DNA from: Guillardia theta CCMP2712
Taxonomy: Eukaryota; Protista; Cryptophyta
Length of the DNA stretch: 36,983 nucleotides
Reading direction: 5' to 3'
NCBI RefSeq assembly: GCF_000315625.1
Contig: NW_005434621.1
Span: 24,943-61,925, forward strand
The first letter of the stretch is position 1; the number at the start of each line of letters is the position of its first letter. The translations under genes and the position numbers were made by a program. Shown in pieces: positions 13,684 to 25,600 of the stretch. The notes beneath the pieces were generated by a model. That model had not been told where the DNA came from, ran no database searches, and saw nothing but the letters and a program-made list of their open reading frames with translations.

Positions 13684-16611
13684 CTAAAGGGGAAGCGAAT
13701 GGAAGTACTGGACCGCTGCTGCTGCCTTGGCTATGTCGACATTGAGGACGACGTCAACCCTTGCAACCTGAGGAAGAGGAGAGGATGCGGAGAGGCAGAG
13801 AGGAGGAGAGGGAGGAGAGGGAGGAGGAGGAGAAGACGATAGAGGATAGGAGGAGTGAGGGTCAGGAGGAGAGGCGGAGAGGGAGGAGGAGGAGAAGACG
13901 ATAGAGGATAGGAGGAGTGAGGGGAGGAGGAGGAGAGGACGATAGAGGATAGGAGGAGTGAGGGAAGGAGGAGGGGAGAGAGTGGAGATGTCAGCTGACA
14001 GGCGGGAGGACGAGAATGAGAATTTCGTCACCTTGTTGGTTTCCGGACCTACGACGTCTGCCGCCCCATCGCTGCTACAGTGCTGAGCGACGCTGAGGCC
14101 TGCGCCAGAGAGATCAGAGGACGCAAATCGAAGCATGGAGGAGGAGGAGGAGGAGGAGGAGGAGGAGGAGGAGGAGGAGGAGGAGGAGGAGGAGGAGGAG
14201 GANNNNNNNNNNNNNNNNNNNNNNNNNNNNNNNNNNNNNNNNNNNNNNNNNNNNNNNNNNNNNNNNNNNNNNNNNNNNNNNNNNNNNNNNNNNNNNNNNN
14301 NNNNNNNNNNNNNNNNNNNNNNNNNNNNNNNNNNNNNNNNNNNNNNNNNNNNNNNNNNNNNNNNNNNNNNNNNNNNNNNNNNNNNNNNNNNNNNNNNNNN
14401 NNNNNNNNNNNNNNNNNNNNNNNNNNNNNNNNNNNNNNNNNNNNNNNNNNNNNNNNNNNNNNNNNNNNNNNNNNNNNNNNNNNNNNNNNNNNGAAAGAAT
14501 AGCATCCGTCCACGAGCTTGTTCGCTCTCCCCTGAAACCTGCAAGGAAGGGGGGAGGAAGTGAGGGGAGGAGGGGCAGCGGCAGTGGCAGGAGCAAGAGC
14601 AGGGGCAGGAGGAGGAGGAGGAGGAGGAGGAGACTGACCCTCCCTCCACTTGCATCTGCCGGGAGATCACCCATCTCAGCATCCTCTTCCTGCCGGTGGA
14701 CTGGAGTCAGCAGCAGCAGCAGCAGCAGCAGCATGCGGAGGAGCTCGACCGGTCAACGAGCTGCTGTTTCCCCGCCAACAGGATCGCCGCGTACCCGCAG
14801 AATGAATATCCTCCGTGGGACTCGTTGTTCGGCTCCCCCCCTATCCCTCCTGCAATGAAATGTCTTACCATTCTCCTTCCTCGCCTCTGACCTCCCTGCC
14901 CGCTCCTCTCCCTCTTGTCCTCCTCTCTCCCTTGCAGCTTCTGCCTGCTCTGTATTCCTTCTCTTCTCTTCATTCACCAGCGTGCTTCTTTCCTGCCCCT
15001 CACCCTCCTCAGCCTCCCTCCCTCCCTCCCTCCTCCTTCCCTCCTCCGCCTCCCTCCCTCCCTCCTCCCCTCCTCCGCCTCCCTCCCTCCCTCCTCTACC
15101 TTCGTACGTCTGACAGGACGCTATGTACTCCGCCACACCTTCCTGCTCCTCGTCAGCCACCAGCACATCCGAGCTCAGCTCGCCTTCAGCTCAGGCGTCA
15201 AGATCCCCGTGATGTAGGCGGCTGAAAGGGCACAGTAGCATCCTCTAGCGTCCACCTACCCAGAGGATGAGGAGAGAGCAGGAGGGAGAGAGTCGGCGCG
15301 TCTCTACCTCTCCTCCCTCGTGCAGCGTGAAGCCTCCCGACGGGTGCTTCCTCCTCATCAAGAACTCCAGCAGCTTCTTCCTGTTGATGACGCTGAACGC
15401 CAGTGGTGACCCGATAATGGTCAGAGCGTTGACGGCGGCGTAGGTCGGAGCAAGATGAGGATCCTATCGGCCCCGCGTCACCCTCCTTGCTGCGAGCATG
15501 CGTTCTCACCTGTCCTGGTCCTCCTGCAAAGCCTCCGCCGACATCCTGAGGGCGCGATGAAAGGAGTTTCAGACAAGGGAAGGAAGCAGGAGGCAGTCGT
15601 AGAGAAAGATCAACGGAGGTAGTGCAAGTAGGGGGAGAGCAGGTTCAACAGGAGGAGGAGAGGAGAGCAAGAGAAGTTTAGGGGAAGAGGGGCAAGAGGA
15701 GCAGGAGCAGGAGCAGGAGCCTAAGGTATGCGGCAGCGGGAGGGGACCTGGCATTTGTCCAAAAAGAGTGCGACTTTATCCAGCAGCTCAGGCTCGGGAA
15801 GAGCCTCGAGGATGGAGAGAGAGTTGAGGATCCAGTAGCACAGCCAGGGACGAGATGCGTCAAGCACCGAGAAGCCATTGGGGAGACTGACAGGCATGTC
15901 AACCCTCCCCTCCTCCCTCCTCCTCCTCTCCTAGCGCCAATCACCACCACCTCCTCCTTCATTCCTCCACCTTCCTTCCTCCTCTTCCTCCTTCCTCCTT
16001 GTTCTACTTCTTCTACCTCTCGAGTCCTGCCCGGAGGAACTTGATGTGCGCAGCTCGGTTGAGAAGGAGCGACGAGACGTCCATCTCCTTCATCTGCATG
16101 CAGTTGATGGGGTTGACACCCATGGCTGACCCCAGGCTCTCCTTCACCAGCTCCTCCGTCTCCTTCTGGATGCTGCATGATAGTCATTGAGACGCGGTTC
16201 ACCATGCCCAGTGTGTCAGGGCAGCCATCAGCGGAGCATGATAGGAGCTACTTGCCACGACATGACGCTACATGATTCTGCTTTCCTCGACACCCTCCCA
16301 ACACGCCCCCCCCCACCCCTCCCCCCACCGCATTTTCTCCAACATCACCACCTCGTTTTTGTCCTACTTTCCTCTCTCGTACCATTTCTAAAGATAATCT
16401 TCAACACCACGACCCCTGAAAGTTCTCTCTTTCTACCTCCTTCCTTGCAGCCTTCCTTTCCGCCCTGCATATGCCGTATCCCAAAATCTCGCTTCCTCCT
16501 AGCTTTCATCCCCCCATTCATGGTCTATCTTCATCGCATCCTCTCTCCTCCTCCTCCTCCCCCTCTCCTCCCTCCTGCTCACCGTATCGAGGCTCCTTCA
16601 TGCTCTTCCAT
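13684..16611 (-). CDS. FNTB: Protein farnesyltransferase beta subunit
   Basis: Spliced motifs LDASRPWLCYWILNSL, GGFAGGPGQDPHLAPTYAAVNAL, GGFTLHEGGEVDARGCYCA, CQTYEGGIGGEPNNESHGGYSFCG, RQMQVEGGFQGRANKLVDGCYSF (Zn-ligand Asp/Cys) and GLSVAQH. Part of the gene lies in the gap 14203-14492. First exon and start are tentative. Confidence 0.93.
13824..13963 (+). repeat. Three copies of a ~38 bp purine-rich unit (GGAGGAGAAGACGATAGAGGATAGGAGGAGTGAGG core) in the last FNTB intron
   Basis: Direct copies starting near 13824, 13885 and 13929. Confidence 0.85.
14203..14492. other. Assembly gap inside FNTB, next to a (GGA)n tract
   Basis: N run. Confidence 0.99.
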
Positions 16612-16805
16612 TTTCGCACCCATTCCGTTATAAAATAACGGAGAGTCCGCCTCAGGTTATCCTCCAGGAACCCGGTGCTTCCAAGTTGAGTAAAAGTCGC
16701 ACAGCGAGTGACCCGGTCATCATGGCCCATGAGTCGGCCCGATCCGGCCCCGGACAAGGACTCGAGCACTACACCAAGTGACGGCCCCCGGCGTGACTGA
16801 CCGGG

Positions 16806-16868
16806 CACTGCCCACCAGCCGCCAGCCGACTCGGTCACTGCCCACCAGCCGCCAGCCGACTCGGTCAC
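16806..16868 (+). repeat. Perfect 30 bp tandem duplication upstream of FNTB
   Basis: CACTGCCCACCAGCCGCCAGCCGACTCGGT twice, plus CAC. Confidence 0.95.
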
Positions 16869-17082
16869 CCGGCTGAGCCGCTGAGGGCCCGGACGGTGAC
16901 TTGAAGTCTTGGAAATTCATTTCCATTAAAAGTTGTATAGAAACAAGAGGAAAAACACTGAAAATGGAATGTGACGCCCCTTCGGCGATCGCAGCCCGGC
17001 GGCCTAGTAGCACTCCGAGTGGAAAATGGTGCCGTAGTGCGGTCAGAAGATAGACGTCTCAGTTCCGCGCCATCCTCATTCT

Positions 17083-19722
17083 TCACCCATTCGCGTAAAC
17101 TTGTGACAACATGAAATGCTGGGGAGAAGTCAAACGAGCCATCAACACCTGCCTTCACCTTGAACTCATCCCAGTCGATGACCCCATCTTTGTTTCGATC
17201 GGCAGAGCTCACCATCGCGTCAAGCTACGGGCGAGTCAGCTCATCGCACCCGAGCACACCCTAGTTGCATGCAGACCTCGGAATCGCTCAAGTCCGTTCC
17301 CAGTCGGTGCAGGATCTCTCGAAGCTCTCTACCGTTGATGGATCCGGTGCGTTGCAAGTCGAACGCCTGTGCAGCAGATCGTCAGTGCTGCCATGACGTC
17401 GTGCAACCTCGTACATGGAAGATGGAACGGAGCTCGTTCTCCATCGATTTTGAGTATCCATGCTCATTCTGAGAGAAAGTAAGGCATGAAGATACGCGGC
17501 CTCTTGCATCCATACATAATGCCCAGGCCCCATCATCATGCAATACTCGTCGAAAGAGATGGTCCCTACGACACAAGTGTGAATCATCGTGATGATTGAA
17601 ACCTCCGCACTCACCATTTCGAAGCACGTCAAAATGATCCATCATATCTGAAGCCAAGTTACAAAATCCTTCCTTGAGGACTGCCTAAAAGGATACAAAC
17701 CTTTGATTTGCTTCTCCGACCTATCAATCCCCAACGCTCGCTGCATGACAGCAATCACAACAAAGTCGAACGGGGAGAGGAATAGATCTCACCAGACTCT
17801 CGGTCAGGTTTGTCAGATCGATGAAACCGGTGTGATCACGGTCCAACATATCAAAGGATTCCTTCAGAACCTACACATGCAAAGTCATAAACCCCAAGAA
17901 ATCAACAGGCTCGCGTGCCTCCAGCCGGATCGGATCGGATTTGACCGATTCTAGAATAGATTTCTGCACGACAAGTCATCCCAGGAAAGAGCCTCGGGCT
18001 TGCCGCTCACCCGTTCCCCTTCATCAGGAAACGAAGCCAAGGGACGCGACATGCGGAGGAGAGCAGCAAAGGTGTTCACAGCTCCCTTCAATCGTCGAGA
18101 CGCAACCTGATCGGAAGTTACACTTGGATGAAATGCTTTAGCAGGGTGAGAACCTGCAATTCTTGCAATCGTTCCTGCACATTTCCAGCATCTCCACCGA
18201 GCTGTTCAGTTGGCAGCTCGTCTTCTTTGTATGCTTTCATCCAGGAATGTTGAAAAACCTACATCAAGTAAACACACGGATGCTGGAAAGAAACCAGCAT
18301 ACCTGTGCAGGAGTGAATCGTTTCTTGGGATCTACGTGCATCATATTTCTGATCAAGTCTTTTGCTTGCGCTGTAGAGAATGGCTCAGAATTCAGAAACG
18401 ACAGCAATGAGAATCAATACCAGAGACTCCACTCCAAAACGCATCCGGAAATGAATAGCGGGCCTTTGTGATATGGCTGTTCAGACAGAGTCATTTCACA
18501 ATACATCAGGTCTGATAGGTAGCAACCTGAAAAGGACCGCTGGCGGAGATGTTTGGTCAAACGGCGGCATGCCGCTTAACAAAATATACAAAATCACACC
18601 TTGAGAAAAATCGTGAACACGTTCCAGTGTGGGTTTGCAAACGCACCAGTGCTCCAAATATCGCACTCCATGCCATATCCCTTTCGCATGATAACTTCTG
18701 GTGCTGTACAAGATGTCAATTCAAGCAATCACACACAATCAATCGAAGTCACCCAAGTAACTTGGAGTTCCGCACAATGTTGTCATCGTCTTAACTTTGT
18801 CATGCTCGTGAATATCAATGATTTTCCCCAGGCCAAAATCTGCCAACTTGATAGGAGAGTCCTCTCTCATGTTCGCATAGAGAACATTTTCAGGCTTAAT
18901 GTCCCTGTGCACGATCCCGATGCTATGGAGGTAGTCGACAGCCTTGACGATTTGAATGAAGACATGTGCGGCATCCTTTTCAGAGTATTTCTCCTTCGCT
19001 ATTATGCGATCAAACAGTTCCCCACCGGTGACCAGCTCCATAACAATGTACAGCTTGCTGTTTGAATCGAACACTGCCATACGGCCCCAAGTCAGTCAAT
19101 GAAACACCTCCCTTGGGACCCTCATCAGCAAAGTTGGATTCTCACTTTCTAGAAACTGAATGCAATGGGGGTGTTTCACTTTCTTCATAATCTCAATCTC
19201 TTCTTGGAGCTGTTGGATCATCGTCATATACCGCAACAGAGCATCCGATATCGAATACCCTCTTGAGATCCTCATCTTTCTTGCATTTGTCCTTGGAGAT
19301 CACTTTGATAGCCACCTCCTGCACAAACATGACTTGTCAACATGTTGAGGAAACAAGAAAATATTGAGCCTCACATTGCCTGATGCCTTATGTCTAGCTT
19401 TGTAAACCTTTGCAAACTTCCCTTGTCCAATAGCTACAAAATCGTACCCATCAATCAACCGGATCCATAAACCAACGGAAAGACTTACTCTTGCTCTCAA
19501 TGTCATACTCACGCTTAACTGCACTGCTCAAGAAGCTGAAGATCGGGAGCATCGTGATTGGCCTCAGAGGCCGAAAGACCGAGTGTTTCTTTTCTGTATC
19601 AATACTTGGTGTTGCCTGCTGCGCTGAATCCAGAAGGGTCCCAGCTGCCAAAAAAGAAAAAGAAAAAATATCATGATGTACGTTCAAGCAAGACTCCGTG
19701 ATTTTGCGAGAAAATTTTTCAT
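17083..19722 (-). CDS. CaMK-family Ser/Thr kinase fused to a four-EF-hand domain (CDPK-like)
   Basis: Kinase motifs IGQGKFAKVYKA, VAIK, MELVTGGELFDRI, HRDIKPEN, DFG, CGTPSYLAPE and GVILYILLSGMPPF. EF loops DRDHTGFIDLTN, DVLRNGTISFDE, DLQRTGSINGRE and DRNKDGVIDWDE. Many 40-55 nt introns; 5' exons uncertain. Confidence 0.92.
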
Positions 19723-21678
19723 GAACACACTCTTTGTTCCTTATTTTGATCCACTTCTCTATTCAAAACCATGACACGCCTACCGATTCGCAAAATACGT
19801 AATCAAACATCAAGAAAACAACCGACTCTGAACCAAAACCATGTCAATGACATTGACCTCTCTGAATCACCTAGAAGATGTTGGCACTGATTCGAAATAC
19901 ACTTAATCCTGCTTTTCTGAGCAAATCAAAGGTATCCCCTCCTTGCAAATGCACTCCCTCTACGCCCGATCACAAACGAGCACGATCAAGGTGGCCCATC
20001 ACCAGCAGAATCTCAGCAAACAAGCAGCTTCGGCCCTTCAATCATCCTTCCATGTTCCATAATAAACAGCTTCTCCATCAGCCCTACGGGCTTCCTACCC
20101 CTCCCGACTACCATTTCTTCGCTATTCCACCCTATCCCCTGTCGCGACCATCTTTGGTTGGAGGGCAATCAGGGGAGGAGGGGAACACTCTCTACAAAGA
20201 GGGGTAGGGTAATTGGCCAATCGTACCCCTACCCCCCAGTTCCACCTCTAGCCGCAGCCATTTTGATACCACCCCCTTCCCCCTTGCAAAAGAGGTTGCT
20301 GTGGATAGGGTGTGGGTGGGTTGTTGGGTCTGAAAAATTTACTAGTGGTCAAATCTGAGGACCTCCCCTTGACCAAAAGGGGGTGGGGTCATGAGAGGGG
20401 GGTGGTATCTTTAAAGATAGGGGGTATGTACCCACGGGGGTAGGGGAGAGCGACCGGGAAGTCTCCGAGGCAAGGGTGCTGTCTTTAAATGGGGGATGCG
20501 CCAGGGGTAATTTTATGAGACGGGGGGTGGTAAAGTATAAATAGATCCCGCTCTTAATGAGGGTGGGTAAAAGACCTCGGGGGTAGGGGTGCATGTGCCA
20601 AGTAGCTCCACCCCCAACCCAAGTCAGCCCCAGACTTGGTGAGGTTCTGAAAAGGAGAGTTTTGAGGGGTATTCTTATCCAAGGGGGTGGGGGATGAATT
20701 GGAGGGGGTAGGGGTTCTCCAGTCATCAAGACCAGCTGTCAAGGAGGTATGAAATTAAGACCACCCCTCTTTCCATAGCAGCTGCACCCCTCAACTTTCG
20801 AACACTGAATTATGCGACTACCCCTTATTCAAAAGAGGATTGACCCCAAGCTTGCCTTGAGGTACCCTACCCCATCATGAGCTACGGCTATTCGATCAAG
20901 TACAAAAATCCATTGCTGGAGCCAGCAAAATCGTAGCTTTTCAAGGAGTCGCAGGGGTCCCTCAAGGGAAATTGTAGGGTGGGGGGTGAAAAAGGAATTG
21001 TGGGTGGGGTAGTCTTAAAAATCAACAAGATTCTCCCCAATAGTGGGGATTGGGTGTAGGGGACTGCAGTGGGTGAGGAGATCTTGGGGGTAGTCCAAAC
21101 TGGAACAGGTCAAGTGAAATTAGGGTGGGGTCAAAGTTTAAATATTTGCAGAGACGTAGTGAAAGATGATGAAGGTCGATGGATCATGAGAAAAGTATAT
21201 GATGACATACGATGTTTCTCAGAGGTAGACCCAGCATCACAGCTCGGTCAAGTGGTGTGAGCCATGTCTGGGGTAACCGGTGTGAAGTTCCTCCCTCAGT
21301 GGGGTAGGGTATTTTCAAGTGGTAGATTGTAGGGTGGGGTGGAACAGGTTTTTGCAAGGGGAACAAAGATGCTGTGCTTTCGTTGCATTCGTTGGCCATA
21401 ATTTGGTATTCATATTGAAATATCCATTAAAGTATTTGAAAATTGGGAGAAATAAAAAGTGGAAAGAGGATACGTCAAAAGTTGTTGGCCGAGTCGGCGT
21501 ACTGTGGGCCGGTAGCACTCTGCAATCCGGCTCGTCGACGTTCGGTACGGTCACCGTCACGGTCGGCCCGGGCCGGGCGGCGGCCCGGGCCGCGGATCCG
21601 AGTCATCCGATCCCGGAGTACGGTCCGGGCCGATGGCGCCGCGGATCAAAACTCGGAAGACAGGACCCCATGCTCATA

Positions 21679-21768
21679 TCTTTACTCAAAGTTAAGTGAA
21701 AAATCAGTACGACGACTATCCTGATTGACTTAACTTTGCCGGAGTAAAGAACTGAGTCCGAGGAGGCT
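21679..21768 (+). repeat. Dispersed conserved non-coding element, copy 2 (with an internal inverted copy of its own end)
   Basis: Matches 9507-9566 in reverse. The inserted 21728-21750 (ACTTAACTTTGCCGGAGTAAAGA) is an inverted copy of 21679-21697 with four extra bases. Confidence 0.85.
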
Positions 21769-22604
21769 AGGAACTTCCAAAGTTACTACTCCGTACGGCA
21801 GTCACGCGGTCAACGGTCCCTGCCAACCGGCTTCTGACGGAATACAAGTTTGTTAGACTTGTACTAGTCCAAAGTCACGCAGCCTCGGATATCACATCAT
21901 CGACCTTGGTTGTAACAAGACAGTTTTTGCTCACTGAGACCGAGTTTAATGCACACAAAACCAGAATTGAGGAGCACATGAGAGATAGACTGTATGTAGG
22001 ATGTGAAACCCACACACGCTACATTGCCGCCTCACAGGAGAGTTTTGTTAACTCGGCGCTATCTGACTGGCACGGCTGGCATACGTTCCATCAGCTTCAC
22101 TGAGCCTCCATAAGTTGACGAGAACTGCAGTGACGGTGAGCCTGGCACTGACGGTAGCCCGGCCCGGGCGTCGGGGCCACCCGGACTTCGGAAGCAGGGC
22201 ATAATCTTCAAGCCCGCCTCAAGTGAAATCCTATCAGATGCAGAAGGCAGCAATACTTTCTTGAAACCTACTGGCTTCGATTCCGGCAATGCGATGCGAC
22301 TGGTGATGAGCAGATCGGGATGTACAAGCGGTTGGTACCTGCGCATGAGAGGGAGAAGGGAAGATGGGGAGGACGATGGTGGAAAGAGGAAGGGAGTGAT
22401 GGAGCAGGGATGGGGGGGGCGGGGAGGGGATGGAGCTATGCTGAGGAGAAGTTGACAAGAAGTTGAGTGAAACGAGGTACCCAAAAGTGATGTGAACCTT
22501 GGAAAGGATGGGGTGAGAAGGAGAGTAGATGGAACAGACCAGAGCGATAGCCGGGTTGAAGCAAGCATTGTCCTCTTGAGTGGAGGGAGAGGAGGATATC
22601 CTTC

Positions 22605-25600
22605 ATGCAGAGAGCAATACTCCTTGCTCTTCATTTCTTCATCTTGAATGCCATGGTGAATGGAGGAGACGCTGCTCAAGGACGCGAGCACTGGGTTCAA
22701 GCGCTGTGCTGCAGCAGTAGGATGCAAGCATGGGTGCGAGAGAGCAGCAAGCTCGCCATCCGCGGAGGAGGCAGCGAGGATGAGGATGTTGAGAAAGTGA
22801 AATCAAGGAGGACAAGGGCCTTTCCCGCAACAGGAGATCGGCAACAATCCATGCCGAAGTTTGATGCGAGAGAGGCCGGGGAGACGATGCAATCAGATGA
22901 AGATGACCTAGACATTGATGAGGTTGACAAGTATGTGAAACAGGTTTGACCTTTCAGGGATGGATGTAGACAAAGTTGATGACATTCTTGTGCTTGATGT
23001 CAGTTTGATCGAATGCAAGCCGAGCAAGAAGGCAGAATTCAACGATTGAGCGCACCAGTCCAGAGAAGGCAAGTCATTACTTCTCCTAAGATGTCCTGCT
23101 GTTCTTACTTGGTGACAGGCAAGCATTGAAGCGAGCCTACCAGGACCAGCAGAAAGACAAGGGGCAGCATCGATGCTTGTTGCCGCACGAGCTTCTCAAC
23201 GCAAGGTCCGCCCGACGGAGCTTTGACTTTCCTGTCCGACTCTGCAACAGGTCAGGCGGTGTTGAGCGGAGCAGGAGCTCGAGGCCTGTGCTGCTAAGAT
23301 TCGATGTGAGAGTGAAGCGGGCTGGAGAGATAATGAAGTGATGGCTGGTTGCAGCATCCGTCTGCGGAGGCGTTCTGTGAGTTCTGTCGGGATGTACTTG
23401 GGATGAGGGTGAGCAAGCATGAGCCACGCGATCCAGCAAGTCCGTTTGCAAAGAAAGCAGCGAGCAGTCTGGACCACCTGGCAAGAGGCAATCTTTGGTC
23501 AATAAGTATTACTGGAGACCCTTTGCATTGCATCTTTCAAGTCTACCAGAAGGAAGAGATCCGCAAGGAAGATGTGAGTTTCTTGCATGCACAGGAGGCT
23601 GTTGACAACCGCTGACGCAAGTGAAGCTTCAGAGTCCCGTCCTCTGCTTTCGGTCTGGAAGTCTGTTCCGGCGATGCCGCAGCGTGTTTGAGAACGCTCG
23701 CCCTAGTCGTGGGGCTGATTGGTCGATAAGGCAGTTCAAAGATCACTGTGCCTTTGTGACTGCCCCCGGTATGGTGTGATTGTATCAAATCCATCGCTGA
23801 TGATTTCTCTGTGTTCTCCGCATGCCCTTGGCTCCTCTCGTCCTTTCCGCTGCCTCCGCCCATTGTCGACTCGACCAGGCGACGTCGAGATGATCGTGCA
23901 GGACGAAGGAAGGGACCGTCTCTCAAGAAACGACGACCCGCTCCTTGGTGGCTTCAGCATGGAGCAGCAAGCGTTCATCTGAACGTTGCTCGTGTTCCAG
24001 GCGTCGTCATCTTCTCTTGCGATCTGCCAAGCGCTGGAAGGTGGTGGACAACGATCGGAGGCTTGGGGAGGGCAGCAGTCCCAGCATGGCTCCCAGCAGG
24101 TGGCTGACTGAGGGCATGGTGGATGCGAGCGATGACGAGTTGACTGAGATGATACCTCCAGGCCTGCTGAGGGTGAGGGTGATGGAGGCGTTTGTGAATC
24201 CCTCCGGCTCCTTCAACGTTATCGTGGGGCAAGTCAGCAGGAGGAGGGGAACCGCCGTCACCCTTGCGCTCAGTTGTCCGGGCATGCGCTTCGACTACGT
24301 CAGAGGTGAGCTGTCGGTGAGTCGACTCGGGGTGACGGAGGAGGTTGGCAGGAGGGCTCCACATGCTGCACGCGAACTTGACCATCCCCTGCCTTGACCT
24401 CAGCTACTCCCTCCCACAGGATGTAGAGCTGAGCAACGGGACGAGCGCTCGGCCCGTCAGCCTCTTGGGATGCTCCGAGCCCTGTGGGGTCGAGGTAGTT
24501 CTTGTGGAGGAGGAGGGTCTGAAGGACTCGCTCGCATTCTTCCCTTCCTCGGCATGCTTCATCCTCAACGCAGCAAGGAGCCTCCCACAGCTGCAGCCGA
24601 CCGGGAATGCTTCTCGGGAATACGAAGAGTCCTCCTCAGACGGCAACTTCCCCTGGATGGACCTTAGCTCCTCCAGCAGCGAGGAAAGGTACAGGTCGCT
24701 CCCACCCAACATGAGCTACCGGTACTACAACCTGGAGCTGGACATGGTTGTCGGGATGAAGGGCAAGCGCACTTCGGATTTTGCCGACGTCTACGATCCC
24801 GACCGGGAGCTCTCGAAGCACGTCATCCAGTACTTTGACCTGTGCGCTGCCAGGGGAGCAAAGATCGTCCGCGCGTACATGCGGAAGGGACTATATCCTC
24901 CTCACCTGCGGTGGAGACCGTCGATGATCGGCACGCCGATGGAGAAGTACAAGAAGGAAGAGCTGCCGAAGCTTCCTCCCGCCGAGCTCAGGACTAGACG
25001 CTTCCGCTATTCATATGGAGGAGGAGGAGGAGGAGGAGGAGGAGGAGGAGGAGGAGGAGGAGGAGGAGGAGACATGGATTTCAACCCCGGATGGCTCCGA
25101 GGGCAACAGAGCCTGCAGAGGAGGTCTCAGACGCCGAGCAGTCTGGCGGAGTACGCGATGAAGAGGAGGGAGGTGATGGAGTTCCTGCGGGATGAAGGCT
25201 TGATCGACAGCCTTGACCCTCCGCTGGAGCAGCTGGAGCAGCTGCTGGAGCCGGACGAGGTGGGGAAGCAGCAGATGCGTCCAGAGTCCTTCCTGCGTCT
25301 CAACGAGAAGCTGCGAGCGAAGTCGAGCTGGTGTGGAACGGGTTTCTTCGGAATCTCCCACTGCCGCCGGGTCCGTCGGGCAGGGCTGGAGAGGTTAAGG
25401 AGGAGCAGGGGGAGGCTGCGAGAACTGCTGGGCAAGTGCGAGGATGTAGTCCCGACGAGCGAGCAGGAGGGCAGGAAGGCTCGGTTTCTCGTGCCCAGCG
25501 TTGCTATGGAGGAGGCAGTCGCGCTTGCCAGGACAAAGGCCTCCAATGGCCCTGGGGCAGAGAGGGAGGAGGAGGAGGAGGAGGAGGGGAAGGAGGAGGG

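Noticed and set aside
21906-22103. 65 aa ORF downstream of the conserved element as a gene
   Set aside because: TTG start, no recognisable motif and no splice support.
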